Origin: Fibrobacteria bacterium
Lineage (GTDB): Bacteria > Fibrobacterota > Fibrobacteria > UBA11236
Assembly: GCA_050486505.1 (NCBI GenBank)
Contig: JBJHDK010000009.1
Location: 1 to 55,358 of the forward strand
Direction: 5' to 3'
Length of the DNA stretch: 55,358 nt
The notes under the pieces were generated by a model. The model was not told the DNA's origin and did not search any database. It saw only the letters and a program-made list of their open reading frames with translations. The position numbers were made by a program, and so were the translations under genes. Shown one piece after another: positions 11,121-20,756 of the stretch (positions are counted from its first letter, which is position 1; the number at the start of each line of letters is the position of its first letter).

Positions 11121-11148
11121 AAAAAAGCCCCTTGGGCAAGGGGCTTTT
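11121..11148. terminator. Intrinsic terminator hairpin
   Basis: aaaaaagcccctt-gggc-aaggggctttt, just downstream of the minus-strand gene ending at 11170. Confidence 0.75.
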
Positions 11149-11169
11149 CGTCGTGCTTCGAGTCGCTGG

Positions 11170-11700
11170 CTAGGCAGCGACTTCGACAGCCATGGTGGTG
11201 ACGCCATCAACGGCGGTTCCGGCCGGAATGACGGCTTCTCCGCCCTTCATCAAGGCGAAAAGGATGCAGCACACCAGCGAAAGTCCGATGGAAACGATCA
11301 TTTTGTCGTCGCCTTCCACGTGCTTCGAGGCGCTGATCGGAACGGACTTTCCGTCCGCGGTCGTGACCGTGCGCAACGAGACGCCGATGGCGCCGGGAAT
11401 TCCGAGGAAGTTGTTCTTCTTGGAAGACACGACCTCGCCAAAGGCCGTCGCACCCGCCTTGATGACCACCTTGCCGTTGACCACGACATCCTGCATGACA
11501 GTGAAGGCGACACGGTCTCCAACATTCAGGTCATCCGCCTTGAGTGTGGCAGCCGTGGTCAACATGATGGCAGTGCCGGGAGGAACCTGAACAGTCGTTG
11601 CAGCCTGTACTTGAGCGACGCCAGTGACAAGAGTCATCAAAACAAGCGCTTTGATCGAAACCAAAGATGTGAGACGCATGGCCCAGGATGTTGAACGCAT
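11170..11700 (-). CDS. Hypothetical exported protein, TrbI/VirB10-like beta-rich pattern with a C-terminal hydrophobic segment
   Basis: Signal peptide (VQA-A), VGDRVAFTVMQDVVVNGKVVIKAGATAFGEV, GGEAVIPAGT. AGGAG RBS. Confidence 0.7.
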   Translation of the reverse strand: MRSTSWAMRLTSLVSIKALVLMTLVTGVAQVQAATTVQVPPGTAIMLTTAATLKADDLNVGDRVAFTVMQDVVVNGKVVIKAGATAFGEVVSSKKNNFLGIPGAIGVSLRTVTTADGKSVPISASKHVEGDDKMIVSIGLSLVCCILFALMKGGEAVIPAGTAVDGVTTMAVEVAA

Positions 11701-11722
11701 AATCACTCCTTAATCATTTGGA

Positions 11723-12544
11723 TTAAAAAAAACTGTGGAGCCGAATCATGGTCCGTCGCTTTTCACGATCGTTCCACTCCTCCGCCAACCCGGTCGACAC
11801 GGAAATGGAACCCGTGTACCAGGCAAAGTTAAACAACCCAACCGCTGTCGCCAGGGCAATGTGATCATTTCGTACGCTTTCGTACATCGCGTAACCCAAC
11901 AGCGAAAAAATGAACAAACTGGCCGTTCCGGTTCCGGTTCTCCCGGTGTAGTAGTACCCCCCTCCCGGGAAAAAGCTCAGAACCCGGGCGGTCCTAGGGT
12001 TTTTGCGAGGAGGATTCAAGGCTGCTGCAACGGCTTCCCCGAAAGCGGGAGACCAGTCGGGATTGCGTTGCAAAAGGCTGTCCACTGCGGTGATGTTGCC
12101 ACGATCCACAAGTGCGATGACATAGGCGCGTTCGAGACGGGACGCTTCGCTGGAGTCTTCCATGTACACGCCGCGATTACGAAGCATCAACGGGAAGTCA
12201 TAGCGTCTCTGCTCTAGCGCCAACCTCAACGGGTACAGTACCGGCAAGGATTGATCCGGGGGGTAGCTTGCGTCTTCCGGGATCCACCGTGCGGCCCAAT
12301 CGAGCGCCTCCTCGTACCGATCACCTGCCGCGAAAGATGCAAGCATGTTCGTCTTCCACATGGGCGCGCGCGGGTGATCCGGAGCGGAATGCAACAAGCG
12401 CATATACTCGGTAACGGCACGATAGTACTCGCGCTCCCGCTGAAGGTATTCTGCGAAAGAGTCATCCCCTCTCTGCACTCCTGCAAAGACCGAAACAACT
12501 CCACAAAGCACAAGTGCGCAAAATCCGGACAACAATCTCTTCAT
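11723..12544 (-). CDS. Hypothetical exported TPR-like protein with C-terminal TM2-like membrane segment
   Basis: Signal peptide, YYRAVTEYMR helix and RKNPRTARVLSFFPGGGYYYTG motif. Confidence 0.7.
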   Translation of the reverse strand: MKRLLSGFCALVLCGVVSVFAGVQRGDDSFAEYLQREREYYRAVTEYMRLLHSAPDHPRAPMWKTNMLASFAAGDRYEEALDWAARWIPEDASYPPDQSLPVLYPLRLALEQRRYDFPLMLRNRGVYMEDSSEASRLERAYVIALVDRGNITAVDSLLQRNPDWSPAFGEAVAAALNPPRKNPRTARVLSFFPGGGYYYTGRTGTGTASLFIFSLLGYAMYESVRNDHIALATAVGLFNFAWYTGSISVSTGLAEEWNDREKRRTMIRLHSFF

Positions 12545-12960
12545 GGCTCCACCGGGTCGTAGAATTTGAACTCCCCTTCAACCGTCACAACCCGATAATA
12601 CTCCAGATCGTGGCCGCATCGCGTCAGTCGGGACGATGTCATCCAGAATGCGCGCAGCGGGTTGTAGCGGGAGAACGCCTCCTTCCCATAGCTCGAACAG
12701 GATGGATACATCGGACAGTGAAATCCCTTGGCGGGTGAAACGTATTTCCTGTAAAAATTCAGGAGGGGCATGGTAATGAAGCGGGACAAGCCATCCCGTG
12801 ACCCCACCTCTTCGAGTTCCGTGAGGTTCTGGTCATCGGAAAAGCTGAAAGGGTCGTGCTCGAACTCGGCCGGAGATTTGAATGATGCGGTGGGCGCGTC
12901 CCCGGCCGTCGGAGGTGCCAACGAAGAAACGGCAACGATGACCAGCACGACCGTGCCCAT
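12541..12960 (-). CDS. YidD-domain (haemolytic domain) protein; start may be GTG 13029
   Basis: FYRKYVSP..CPMYPSCSSY..AF..Y...RLTRC..DP three-Cys signature, preceded by a hydrophobic N-terminal extension. Confidence 0.85.
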   Translation of the reverse strand: MGTVVLVIVAVSSLAPPTAGDAPTASFKSPAEFEHDPFSFSDDQNLTELEEVGSRDGLSRFITMPLLNFYRKYVSPAKGFHCPMYPSCSSYGKEAFSRYNPLRAFWMTSSRLTRCGHDLEYYRVVTVEGEFKFYDPVEP

Positions 12961-13006
12961 CAGCGGTGCACGCGTGCGTCCTGCGTAGCGAGGCCCCGGA
13001 ACGGCA

Positions 13007-13834
13007 TCAAGGGTTGGGAATCGGCTCACGCGTCCTCTCCATCAAGATCATGGAATCTCCCGTCGGCAGATCCTGCCGCACGGTGGTGACGAAACCCGCC
13101 GCGCGCGCCATGGCATCGACGTCGCCGAGATGCGCGCGCTGCACCTCGATGTAGAGATGACGCACCGCTTCAAGCGTCGCGGGAGCACCGCGCAGCAGGG
13201 CGACCTCGTGCCCTTCCACATCGACCTTGAGGAGATCGATCGCGGGATCTCCCTGTTCGCGGCGCCACAGGTCGAGGGGCTTGCATTCAACCGGCACCGT
13301 CCCCTTGTCGGAGATGGTGCCCAGTACCGAGTACCCCCGCGGCGCCTCCATGTACACCGTGCCCGAGGAGTCGGACAAGGCGAGCGGATGCGCGGTGCAG
13401 ATGCCGTCGAGGTGGTTGGCGGTCAGGTTGTGGCGCAACCGCGCGTAGGTGTCGGGGTTGGGCTCGAACAGGTGGATGCGCGTGAAGCGGGCGCGACCAT
13501 ACTTCCAGGCGAGGTAGAGCGTGAACAGGCCGATGTTCGCGCCCACGTCGAGGACCACCGCCCCCGATGGCGGCAGGGGCAATTCTTCGTCCTCGTCGAA
13601 AAAGACGGTCTTGATGTTGCCGAGCTCCCCGGTGAACTCCTTGTAGCGGATCTCCAGCCCGGAAAAGCGCAGGGTGCAAACCTTGGGTTTCAGGGGGATT
13701 TTGAGGGCCAGGTAGAGGGCATGGCGCAAGGTGGACACGAGGAAGGTCCAGCGGGAGGCCCAGCCGTCGAAGCGGCGGAGGTTGGCCAGCAGCCCGATGC
13801 CAACCTTGAAGGCGTTGGAGTAAAAACCACTCAT
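13007..13834 (-). CDS. FkbM-family SAM-dependent methyltransferase
   Basis: VLDVGANIG, FEPNP, LLKVDVEGHE. Confidence 0.9.
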   Translation of the reverse strand: MSGFYSNAFKVGIGLLANLRRFDGWASRWTFLVSTLRHALYLALKIPLKPKVCTLRFSGLEIRYKEFTGELGNIKTVFFDEDEELPLPPSGAVVLDVGANIGLFTLYLAWKYGRARFTRIHLFEPNPDTYARLRHNLTANHLDGICTAHPLALSDSSGTVYMEAPRGYSVLGTISDKGTVPVECKPLDLWRREQGDPAIDLLKVDVEGHEVALLRGAPATLEAVRHLYIEVQRAHLGDVDAMARAAGFVTTVRQDLPTGDSMILMERTREPIPNP

Positions 13835-13938
13835 GGGGGTGCAAGTTAGGCTTTTCCGGAGGATTTGGGACGCGTCCGGGGCCAATGCGACCCGAAACGA
13901 CGGCGCGGGAAGCCATCCCCTCGGTTGTGGATCAATTC

Positions 13939-14128
13939 GGCCTCCGGATTCATGCCCTCGCGGAGGCGGGGGTGACTCCTCCGGCTCCTGTGCTCGAAAC
14001 CGATGGCCCCAAAAGGAAGTCGACCGGTTTCGAGAGGTCGCCTGCGGAGTAAACAGCGCAATTTCAAGAGTTAATGTGAATCGCGCTGATATGAGGTCGC
14101 CGAAGGCGAACGAATCAATCCTGCGGCC
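13939..14128 (+). repeat. Structured hairpin-family element, expanded copy C
   Basis: Shares gcctccggatt / tgactcctccggct / tcgaaaccg..ccggtttcgagagg / gcctgcggagtaaa / aatcctgcggc with the copies at 40146-40375. Confidence 0.8.
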
Positions 14129-14275
14129 TTCTCAAGCTGACTCGACGACTGAGCGGTCCATGCACAAAGCGGACGCGGGACACGCGCGCCCCAAAAAACT
14201 ATCGTTTAGCGCTCATTCATCGCGCCGAATGCCCTGAAATCAAGGGGTTTCGGCGGTTCTACAGGATTCCCGCCC

Positions 14276-16519
14276 ATGCAAACCGTCGACGTCAACGCCC
14301 TGTACTCCTCCCTCGAAGCCGCCCACGCACACGCCCGCAAAACCTTGGGCAAACCGCTGACGTTGGCCGAGAAAATCCTGTGGTCGCACCTCGACGACAA
14401 AAACCAGGGACCCCTGACGCGCGGCAAGTCCTTCGTGTTGCTCCGCCCCGACCGCGTGGCCATGCAGGACGCCACGGCGCAAATGGCCATCCTCCAGTTC
14501 ATGCAAGCGGGCAAGCCCCAGGTGGCCGTGCCCACCACCGTGCACTGCGACCACCTCATCATCGCCAAGGAAGGCGCCGACCGCGACCTCGAGATCGCCA
14601 ACCACGCCAACAAGGAAGTCTTCGACTTCCTGTCTTCCGCCGCCAACAAGTACGGCATGGGCTTCTGGAAACCGGGCTCGGGCATCATCCACCAGGTCGT
14701 GCTCGAGAACTACGCCTTCCCCGGCGGCATGATGATCGGCACCGATTCGCACACCCCCAACGCCGGCGGCCTCGGCATGTTCGCCTCGGGAGTGGGCGGC
14801 GGCGACGCGGTCGACGTGATGGTCGGCATGCCCTGGGAAGTGCTCTACCCGAAGGTGTGCGGCGTGCGCCTCACCGGCAAGCTCAACGGCTGGACCTCGG
14901 GCAAGGACATCATCCTCAAGCTGCTGGAACTCCTGACCGTGAAGGGGGGAACCAACAAGGTCATCGAGTATTTCGGGCCCGGAGTCGGGTCGCTCTCCTG
15001 CACGGCGCAGGCCACGGTGACCAACATGGGCGCCGAACTGGGCGCGACCTGTTCCATCTTCCCGTACCACAAGGCCATGGGCGAGTACCTGCGCCTCACG
15101 CGCCGCGCCGACATCGCCGACCTGGCCGACGCACACGCGGCCTTCCTCCGCCCCGACCCCGAGGTGGAGGCGAAGCCCGAGGATTTCTACGACGAAGTCA
15201 TCACCATCGACCTCGATGCACTGGAGCCCTACGTGGTCGGCCCGCACAGCCCCGACAAGGCGCGCCCCCTCTCCGTGTTCAAGGCGGAGATCGAGAAGGA
15301 AAATTACCCCGCCGAACTGGGCGCGGCGCTGATCGGATCGTGCACCAACTCCTCGTACGAGGACATGGGGCGCGCTGCGCACGTGGCGAAGGGCGCGCTG
15401 GAAAAAGGCCTCCAGGCAAAATCGAAGTTCTACGTCTCCCCCGGTTCGGAGCAGGTGTTCGACACCGCGCGCCGCGACGGGTATCTCGATACCTTCGACG
15501 CGCTGGGCGCGACGGTGATGGCCAACGCTTGCGGCCCCTGCATCGGCCAGTGGGACCGCACCGACATGCCCGAGGGCCCCAACAGCATCATCACCTCCTT
15601 CAACCGCAACTTCCGCGGGCGCAACGACGGCAACGCGCAGACGCTGGCCTTCATCGGCTCGCCCGAGCTGGTCACGGCCCTGGCGATCGCGGGCGACCTT
15701 CGCTTCAACCCGCTCACCGACACGCTCAAGGATGCAGACGGCAAGGAGTTCCGCCTTGAGGCCCCGCGCGGCGATGCCCTGCCCTCTGCGGGCTTCGCGT
15801 TCAACGACGGCGGCTTCGTCCCGCCCGCGAAGGACGGTTCGAAGGTCGAGGTCAAGGTCGCGCCCGACAGCCCCCGCCTGCAGCTGCTCGCGCCCTTCGC
15901 GAAGTGGGACGGCAAGGATTTCAAGGAGTGCCGCGTGCTGGTGAAGGCCGCGGGAAAATGCACCACCGACCACATCTCGCCCGCGGGCAAGTGGCTCGCC
16001 TTCCGCGGCCATCTCGACAAGATTTCCGATAACGCCTTTCTCGGGGCCACCAACGCCTTCGACGGGGCGATCGGAAAAGCTCGCAATTTGGTCACGGGTG
16101 AAACCGGGAAGACTTTCTCGGAGATCGCGCGCGCCTACAAGGCCGCAGGGATCGGCTGGGTCGTCTTCGGCGAAGAGAACTACGGCGAGGGCAGCTCGCG
16201 CGAGCACGCAGCCATGTCGCCGCGCTTCCTCGGCGGCAAGGCCATCATCGTGAAAAGCTTCGCCCGCATCCACGAGACCAACCTGAAGAAGCAGGGGCTT
16301 CTGCCGCTGCACTTCGTGAATCCCGCGGACTACGACAAGGTGCGCGAAGACGATCTTGTCGATGTGACGGGACTCGATGCCTTCGCGCCGGGGAAAAACC
16401 TCACAGTGACCCTCCGCCATGCGGACGGGTCGGCGGAATCCTTCGAGGTGTCGCATACGTTCAATGCCGAGCAAGTCGCCTGGTTCAAGGCGGGCGGGGC
16501 CCTGAATTTGATGCGGTGA
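14276..16519 (+). CDS. acnA: Aconitate hydratase (mitochondrial-type)
   Basis: [68 protein letters not shown]. Confidence 0.95.
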   Translation: MQTVDVNALYSSLEAAHAHARKTLGKPLTLAEKILWSHLDDKNQGPLTRGKSFVLLRPDRVAMQDATAQMAILQFMQAGKPQVAVPTTVHCDHLIIAKEGADRDLEIANHANKEVFDFLSSAANKYGMGFWKPGSGIIHQVVLENYAFPGGMMIGTDSHTPNAGGLGMFASGVGGGDAVDVMVGMPWEVLYPKVCGVRLTGKLNGWTSGKDIILKLLELLTVKGGTNKVIEYFGPGVGSLSCTAQATVTNMGAELGATCSIFPYHKAMGEYLRLTRRADIADLADAHAAFLRPDPEVEAKPEDFYDEVITIDLDALEPYVVGPHSPDKARPLSVFKAEIEKENYPAELGAALIGSCTNSSYEDMGRAAHVAKGALEKGLQAKSKFYVSPGSEQVFDTARRDGYLDTFDALGATVMANACGPCIGQWDRTDMPEGPNSIITSFNRNFRGRNDGNAQTLAFIGSPELVTALAIAGDLRFNPLTDTLKDADGKEFRLEAPRGDALPSAGFAFNDGGFVPPAKDGSKVEVKVAPDSPRLQLLAPFAKWDGKDFKECRVLVKAAGKCTTDHISPAGKWLAFRGHLDKISDNAFLGATNAFDGAIGKARNLVTGETGKTFSEIARAYKAAGIGWVVFGEENYGEGSSREHAAMSPRFLGGKAIIVKSFARIHETNLKKQGLLPLHFVNPADYDKVREDDLVDVTGLDAFAPGKNLTVTLRHADGSAESFEVSHTFNAEQVAWFKAGGALNLMR

Positions 16520-16577
16520 AATTTGGGGGACTGTGTCCCTCGTTCTGCAGGACCATGGCGCCACGCCGGAGGTTCAA

Positions 16578-16700
16578 GGGGCGGGGGAGTGGACGGATGG
16601 ACTGTGGACTGAGTGGGTATTATGGACGGCATGGGCCGACATTACCGGTGTCCAGGCCGTCCATAATGCCCATATCGTCCATCCATCCACTCCCCGCCCC
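16578..16700. repeat. Long imperfect palindrome rich in (A/G)TGGAC units
   Basis: ~50-nt arms: ggggcgggggagtggacggatggac..tgggtattatggacggc paired with gccgtccataatgccca..gtccatccatccactccccgcccc. Confidence 0.8.
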
Positions 16701-16731
16701 GCCCTGACGGCATCTATCTATCTTCCCGACC

Positions 16732-17949
16732 GTGGTTTCCCCCTCCCAGGAATCAGCCCCGAAGCCCCCCGAAGGATCCGGTACCCGGGGGAGCGCCCCC
16801 CCCATTCCCGAATACGACTACCCGGTCACCTTAGGTGACCGTTTCCTCGATCTCGTCAAAACGTTGATTCCCGGCGCGGAAACGCGACACCACCTTCTGG
16901 GGCACTATGCGCGGCTCAATGCCGCCCTGCCGCCCCGGGCATGGGTTCCGCCCTCGCTGGAGAAAACGCTTCGCTTCCATGATCGCAGCTTGCCGTTGAT
17001 CCTCGCCAGCCCGGTGATTCTCGCGGCGGGCGGGAACAAAACGGCCGAATCCCTGCCCGCCTATGCGGAGCTGGGTTTCGGAGGCGTCACCGCAGGATCC
17101 GCGACCCTGAACGCCTGGGAAGGCAACCCACATCGCCCACGCGTGCGTCTGCTCCCGGCCGACCGCGCGATGCAAAATTCGATGGGGCTGAACAACCCCG
17201 GCATCGAGCACATCGCCTCCGAGGTGGACAACGCCCTGGGACGTTGCCACCGGCGGAAGATGGCGGTCGGCATCAGCGTGACCGACACGCCGGGCGTGAC
17301 CGACGAGGCTCAAATCATTTCCGAGCTGGAAGCGACCTTCCGGAGGGCGCATGGAGCGGCCGACTACATCGAGCTCAACCTGAGCTGCCCGAACACGGGG
17401 ACGACGCGCCTTGACACCGACACCGACCTGCTGCGCCGGATTCTCGACCACATCATGCACGTGCGCAAGTCGCTGGTGCCGCGCAAGGCAGTGCTGGTGA
17501 AGCTTTCCCCGGACATGGGGGTCAAGACCCTGGAGGCCGTGCTGCAAACGGTCTCGGATGCGGGGGTGACTGGACTTGTGCTGTTCAACACCTTCCCCGC
17601 AGCACGGGGCAGGTTCCTGAACATGGCCACCCCGCCCGAGGACGTGCACCCCCTGACGGCAACGGGCGGAAAAGGAGGAATCTCTGGCCGCATCCTTTAC
17701 CGGAACACCTTGCCCGCCGTGCGCTTCATCCGCAAGCAGCTGCCGCATCTGACGATTTTCGCGAGCGGCGGCGTCGACCATGGGGCGAAGGTGCTCGATC
17801 TTCTCGAGGCGGGTGCCGACGCTGTGCAGGTCTATACGGTGCTCGCCTATCGCTGGAATGCGGTGCGCAAGATCAACCGCGAGCTTGTTCTCGCCATGAA
17901 GTCGCGAGGCCTTCCCACGCTGGATGGATACGCTCCGTGGGGAGATTAG
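16732..17949 (+). CDS. pyrD: Dihydroorotate dehydrogenase
   Basis: LAAGGNK, GNPHRPRV, NSMGLNNPG, LNLSCPN, VKLSPD, GGISG, ASGGV, GADAVQVYT. Confidence 0.85.
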   Translation: MVSPSQESAPKPPEGSGTRGSAPPIPEYDYPVTLGDRFLDLVKTLIPGAETRHHLLGHYARLNAALPPRAWVPPSLEKTLRFHDRSLPLILASPVILAAGGNKTAESLPAYAELGFGGVTAGSATLNAWEGNPHRPRVRLLPADRAMQNSMGLNNPGIEHIASEVDNALGRCHRRKMAVGISVTDTPGVTDEAQIISELEATFRRAHGAADYIELNLSCPNTGTTRLDTDTDLLRRILDHIMHVRKSLVPRKAVLVKLSPDMGVKTLEAVLQTVSDAGVTGLVLFNTFPAARGRFLNMATPPEDVHPLTATGGKGGISGRILYRNTLPAVRFIRKQLPHLTIFASGGVDHGAKVLDLLEAGADAVQVYTVLAYRWNAVRKINRELVLAMKSRGLPTLDGYAPWGD

Positions 17950-18105
17950 GAGGAATTACGAATTAAGAATTACGAATTACGAAACGGGAGTCTAGTGCTT
18001 GAACGACGGAGTGCGGTGATTCATGGAAAAGTCGCATGGATATTTCAAGCAAGCACAGTCTCTGTGTTCAATTCTTAATTCGTAATTCTTAATTCGTAAT
18101 TCCTC
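17950..18105. repeat. Inverted heptamer-array element (AATTACG/AATTAAG) with a 30-bp perfect terminal inverted repeat
   Basis: GAGGAATTACGAATTAAGAATTACGAATTA at both ends, inverted. Fills the gap between two convergent stop codons. Confidence 0.92.
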
Positions 18106-18967
18106 ACGGCTCCGCGACCCCGAAGAATCTCCTCTCCTCCTCCGTCATGCGGCGCGCCTCGCGCTTGAGAAAATCAGCGCCTCCCTTCGCTTCCATTGCG
18201 AGCCTCCACCACTCCCGTCGCTCACTGCCCGCGGGATCGCGCGGCATCATACGCCGCAAGGCCGACCACGAACTGTCAGTCGCGAGCAACAGCAGATCGC
18301 GCGCCTGCTGCCGATTGAAAAACCAGTCGTCATTGAGGACGGGCACGAGGACATCCCAATTCTCCGCCACGGCCGTTTTCCCGTGTGCACCCAATGCCCA
18401 GAGATGTTGATGCAACTCGAGGCCAAGGGCGGCCTCCATCCCGTCGCGCAGCAGGGGAAGGTGATCGGGATGGGGGTACACGCCCAGAACGCGCACGGCC
18501 ATACGGCGCACATCTTCGGATTCCGATCGCGAATACGGAATGGCCGAGACCCGAAAGGACGTATCCGCGAGGCGTGATCCGAGATAGAGAAGGCGCGTGA
18601 TGTAAAGCTCTGAATCCGTTGCGTCGAGGGCTTGCGCCAACGCCGCCCCGGGCCAGGGATTGCGGCCCGAGTCCGCCATCATCACCAGCAAGCGTTCCGC
18701 GTAATGGCGCTGGCGCGGAGTGCGGTTCGCCGTGGAAAGGACGTGTTCAGACACCACGTACCGGAGCGCGACCGTGTCGAGCGCAAGGAGTTCACGTTCG
18801 GCCATGTCCCGGGCCTCGGCGAAGCGCGGCTCCCCGCGCGCGGCCGTGAGAAAGAGGCTGTCCATGCGCGAAAGTTCCGGGGGCGCCCAGCCGGACACGC
18901 CCGCATGCGCGCATGCGGCGGCACAGGCCGCGAGCAGCGCCGGCACCTTACTCCGTCGCCAGCCCAT
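18104..18967 (-). CDS. Exported HEAT-repeat protein
   Basis: Signal peptide (AHA-G), ESEDVRRMAVRVLG and LVPVLNDDWFFNRQQA HEAT-like units. Confidence 0.7.
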   Translation of the reverse strand: MGWRRSKVPALLAACAAACAHAGVSGWAPPELSRMDSLFLTAARGEPRFAEARDMAERELLALDTVALRYVVSEHVLSTANRTPRQRHYAERLLVMMADSGRNPWPGAALAQALDATDSELYITRLLYLGSRLADTSFRVSAIPYSRSESEDVRRMAVRVLGVYPHPDHLPLLRDGMEAALGLELHQHLWALGAHGKTAVAENWDVLVPVLNDDWFFNRQQARDLLLLATDSSWSALRRMMPRDPAGSERREWWRLAMEAKGGADFLKREARRMTEEERRFFGVAEP

Positions 18968-20756
18968 ACCCGTGCCCCCTGCGTTCCCCGTCGTACACCC
19001 TGCGCACCGAATCCGGCGAGAACCCTGCCGGCCATGCGTCGCGCCCTCCCCTGTCAAGGAAGAAACCCAGGCTGCCGCGGTCGCGACGCATGTCGGCGTG
19101 CCCGAGCGTCATCGCGGGATTGCCCATGGCATAGGTGTCGTTTCCCGCGAAGTCGAGAAAGACGCCGAGACCGTTCGCGCTGCCCGCGCCCGCGCTCATG
19201 TCCACCGCGATGTTGCGATCATCACCCGACGCATCCACGAGCAACCCGAACGCCCCGTCGTGCCCGCACCCCTGGCTCACTCCCTTGCTGACCCGCACGT
19301 CGTCCCCCGCCCCGTCCCAGAGCATGCCGACCGCGAAGTGAACCCCCGCGCCCTGGGCGTATTGATGCGCGAGATACTTGTCGTTCCCCGCATCGTCCAT
19401 CAACAGCCCCCAGCCGAACCAGTACCCCGCGCCCTGCGCATAGATGTCGGCGGAATAAAGATCGTGGCCGTCCCGATCCCACAGCACGCCGATTCCGCCC
19501 GCGTGGCGGGGCGCGAACCCGATGGAAAAGCCTTGGCTCAGGCTGAGGAACCGGTCGGCGTATCGCAGGTCGTCCACGAACACCGGGCGTGAGAGATATT
19601 GGTCGTTGCCGGCATGGTCGAGCAGGAGCGCGAGGCCGCGTGTGGACGCGACCCCCTGCGACAAATAGGTTGTCGAATACAGGTCGTGGCCGTCGCGGTC
19701 CTCAAGGATCGCGAGCCCGTGGAAGGCGAAGCCGAGCGAGGCCTGTCCCGCCTCGTAGAGGTCGTCGCCCGCGACGTCGAGGAGGCGGCTGTATCCCATC
19801 AGGGCGGAACCGTAGGCGAAATCACCGCCGAGGTACCTGTCGTTTCCCTCAAGGTTCGCGAGGACCTGCAACGACAGGAACCCCGCCGCCGCGCCCATCG
19901 TATCTCTGGCAAGGTAGGTGTCGTTTCCGCCCGCGTCGAGCACAAGCAACCATGTTCCCGGCCGCGCAGTATCGGGAAACACGTAGCGGTCGTCACCGCC
20001 GGGATCGAACACGATTCCCCGGTCGAGACGGTGCACATCGTCGCCCTCCGTCCCGATCGTCACGGGGAATCCCGCACGGCGAAGGCGTCGCAACTCCCGC
20101 ACCACCGCGGGGCTCCCCTCCTCACGCAACATGACGACAAGGATGTCGAGCACGGCGTCAAGATCGCGGGCGGCACGGGCGAGTGCCTCCATGCGCAGCG
20201 AACCCGCCAGTCGCATCACCTCATCGGTCACCGCCTCGCCGCGCAAGCGTTCCAGTTCGCGCGCGACCGGCCCCAACGCAGTGTCTTCGGCCCGGTGCCG
20301 AAACAGCGGCGGCGCCTCGCGCAGGAGGAAGCCGACATCTTCCCGCGACAAGGGAGCAAGCCATGCTTCCAGGTTCTCTTCGACCGAGCGCAACAGCGTT
20401 GCAGGATCACGCTCTTCAGGAGCGTCCGGAGCCGGGATGTCGAGCCAGGTCCAAAGCGGACCGGAATCGACCATGCCCGAAGCAGTGGCGCCGGACAACG
20501 CGACGCGCAACGTGGCGACCTGCGCATCGGCACCGAGGGGATCGCGCAGCAACAACTCCACAGTGGACAGCATGGAAGGGAGCGTGGAGGGATAATTGAT
20601 GAGCAAGTCGAAGTCTCCGGAACGGAACCCCGCCGGCTCCATCAGGATCCTCCGCACCGAATCCATGGGCGCCGGAACCGGGAACTCCGAAGCCGTCGCC
20701 GGAGCATCCCCCGTCGCCAGCAGCGTCACGAAGAATCCCCCCATCCACCTCCGCAT
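18948..20756 (-). CDS. Exported protein with ~12 DxxGxDxY repeats
   Basis: FDPGGDDRY, LDAGGNDTY, LDVAGDDLY, EDRDGHDLY, LDHAGNDQY and similar, alternating with (S/A)QG.G segments. Confidence 0.8.
   Translation of the reverse strand: MRRWMGGFFVTLLATGDAPATASEFPVPAPMDSVRRILMEPAGFRSGDFDLLINYPSTLPSMLSTVELLLRDPLGADAQVATLRVALSGATASGMVDSGPLWTWLDIPAPDAPEERDPATLLRSVEENLEAWLAPLSREDVGFLLREAPPLFRHRAEDTALGPVARELERLRGEAVTDEVMRLAGSLRMEALARAARDLDAVLDILVVMLREEGSPAVVRELRRLRRAGFPVTIGTEGDDVHRLDRGIVFDPGGDDRYVFPDTARPGTWLLVLDAGGNDTYLARDTMGAAAGFLSLQVLANLEGNDRYLGGDFAYGSALMGYSRLLDVAGDDLYEAGQASLGFAFHGLAILEDRDGHDLYSTTYLSQGVASTRGLALLLDHAGNDQYLSRPVFVDDLRYADRFLSLSQGFSIGFAPRHAGGIGVLWDRDGHDLYSADIYAQGAGYWFGWGLLMDDAGNDKYLAHQYAQGAGVHFAVGMLWDGAGDDVRVSKGVSQGCGHDGAFGLLVDASGDDRNIAVDMSAGAGSANGLGVFLDFAGNDTYAMGNPAMTLGHADMRRDRGSLGFFLDRGGRDAWPAGFSPDSVRRVYDGERRGHGYGLATE

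Noticed and set aside
14085..14116. Hammerhead-ribozyme-like string gctgatatgag-gtcgccgaaggcgaac-gaatc
   Set aside because: The core deviates (CUGAUAUGAG rather than CUGANGA; GAAU rather than GAAA), and I could not form stems I/III with an NUH site.
14240..16564. 774-aa antisense ORF, and similar long ORFs opposite pgi, sdhA, cysN and the MFS gene
   Set aside because: These are shadow frames of high-GC genes with no recognisable motifs.
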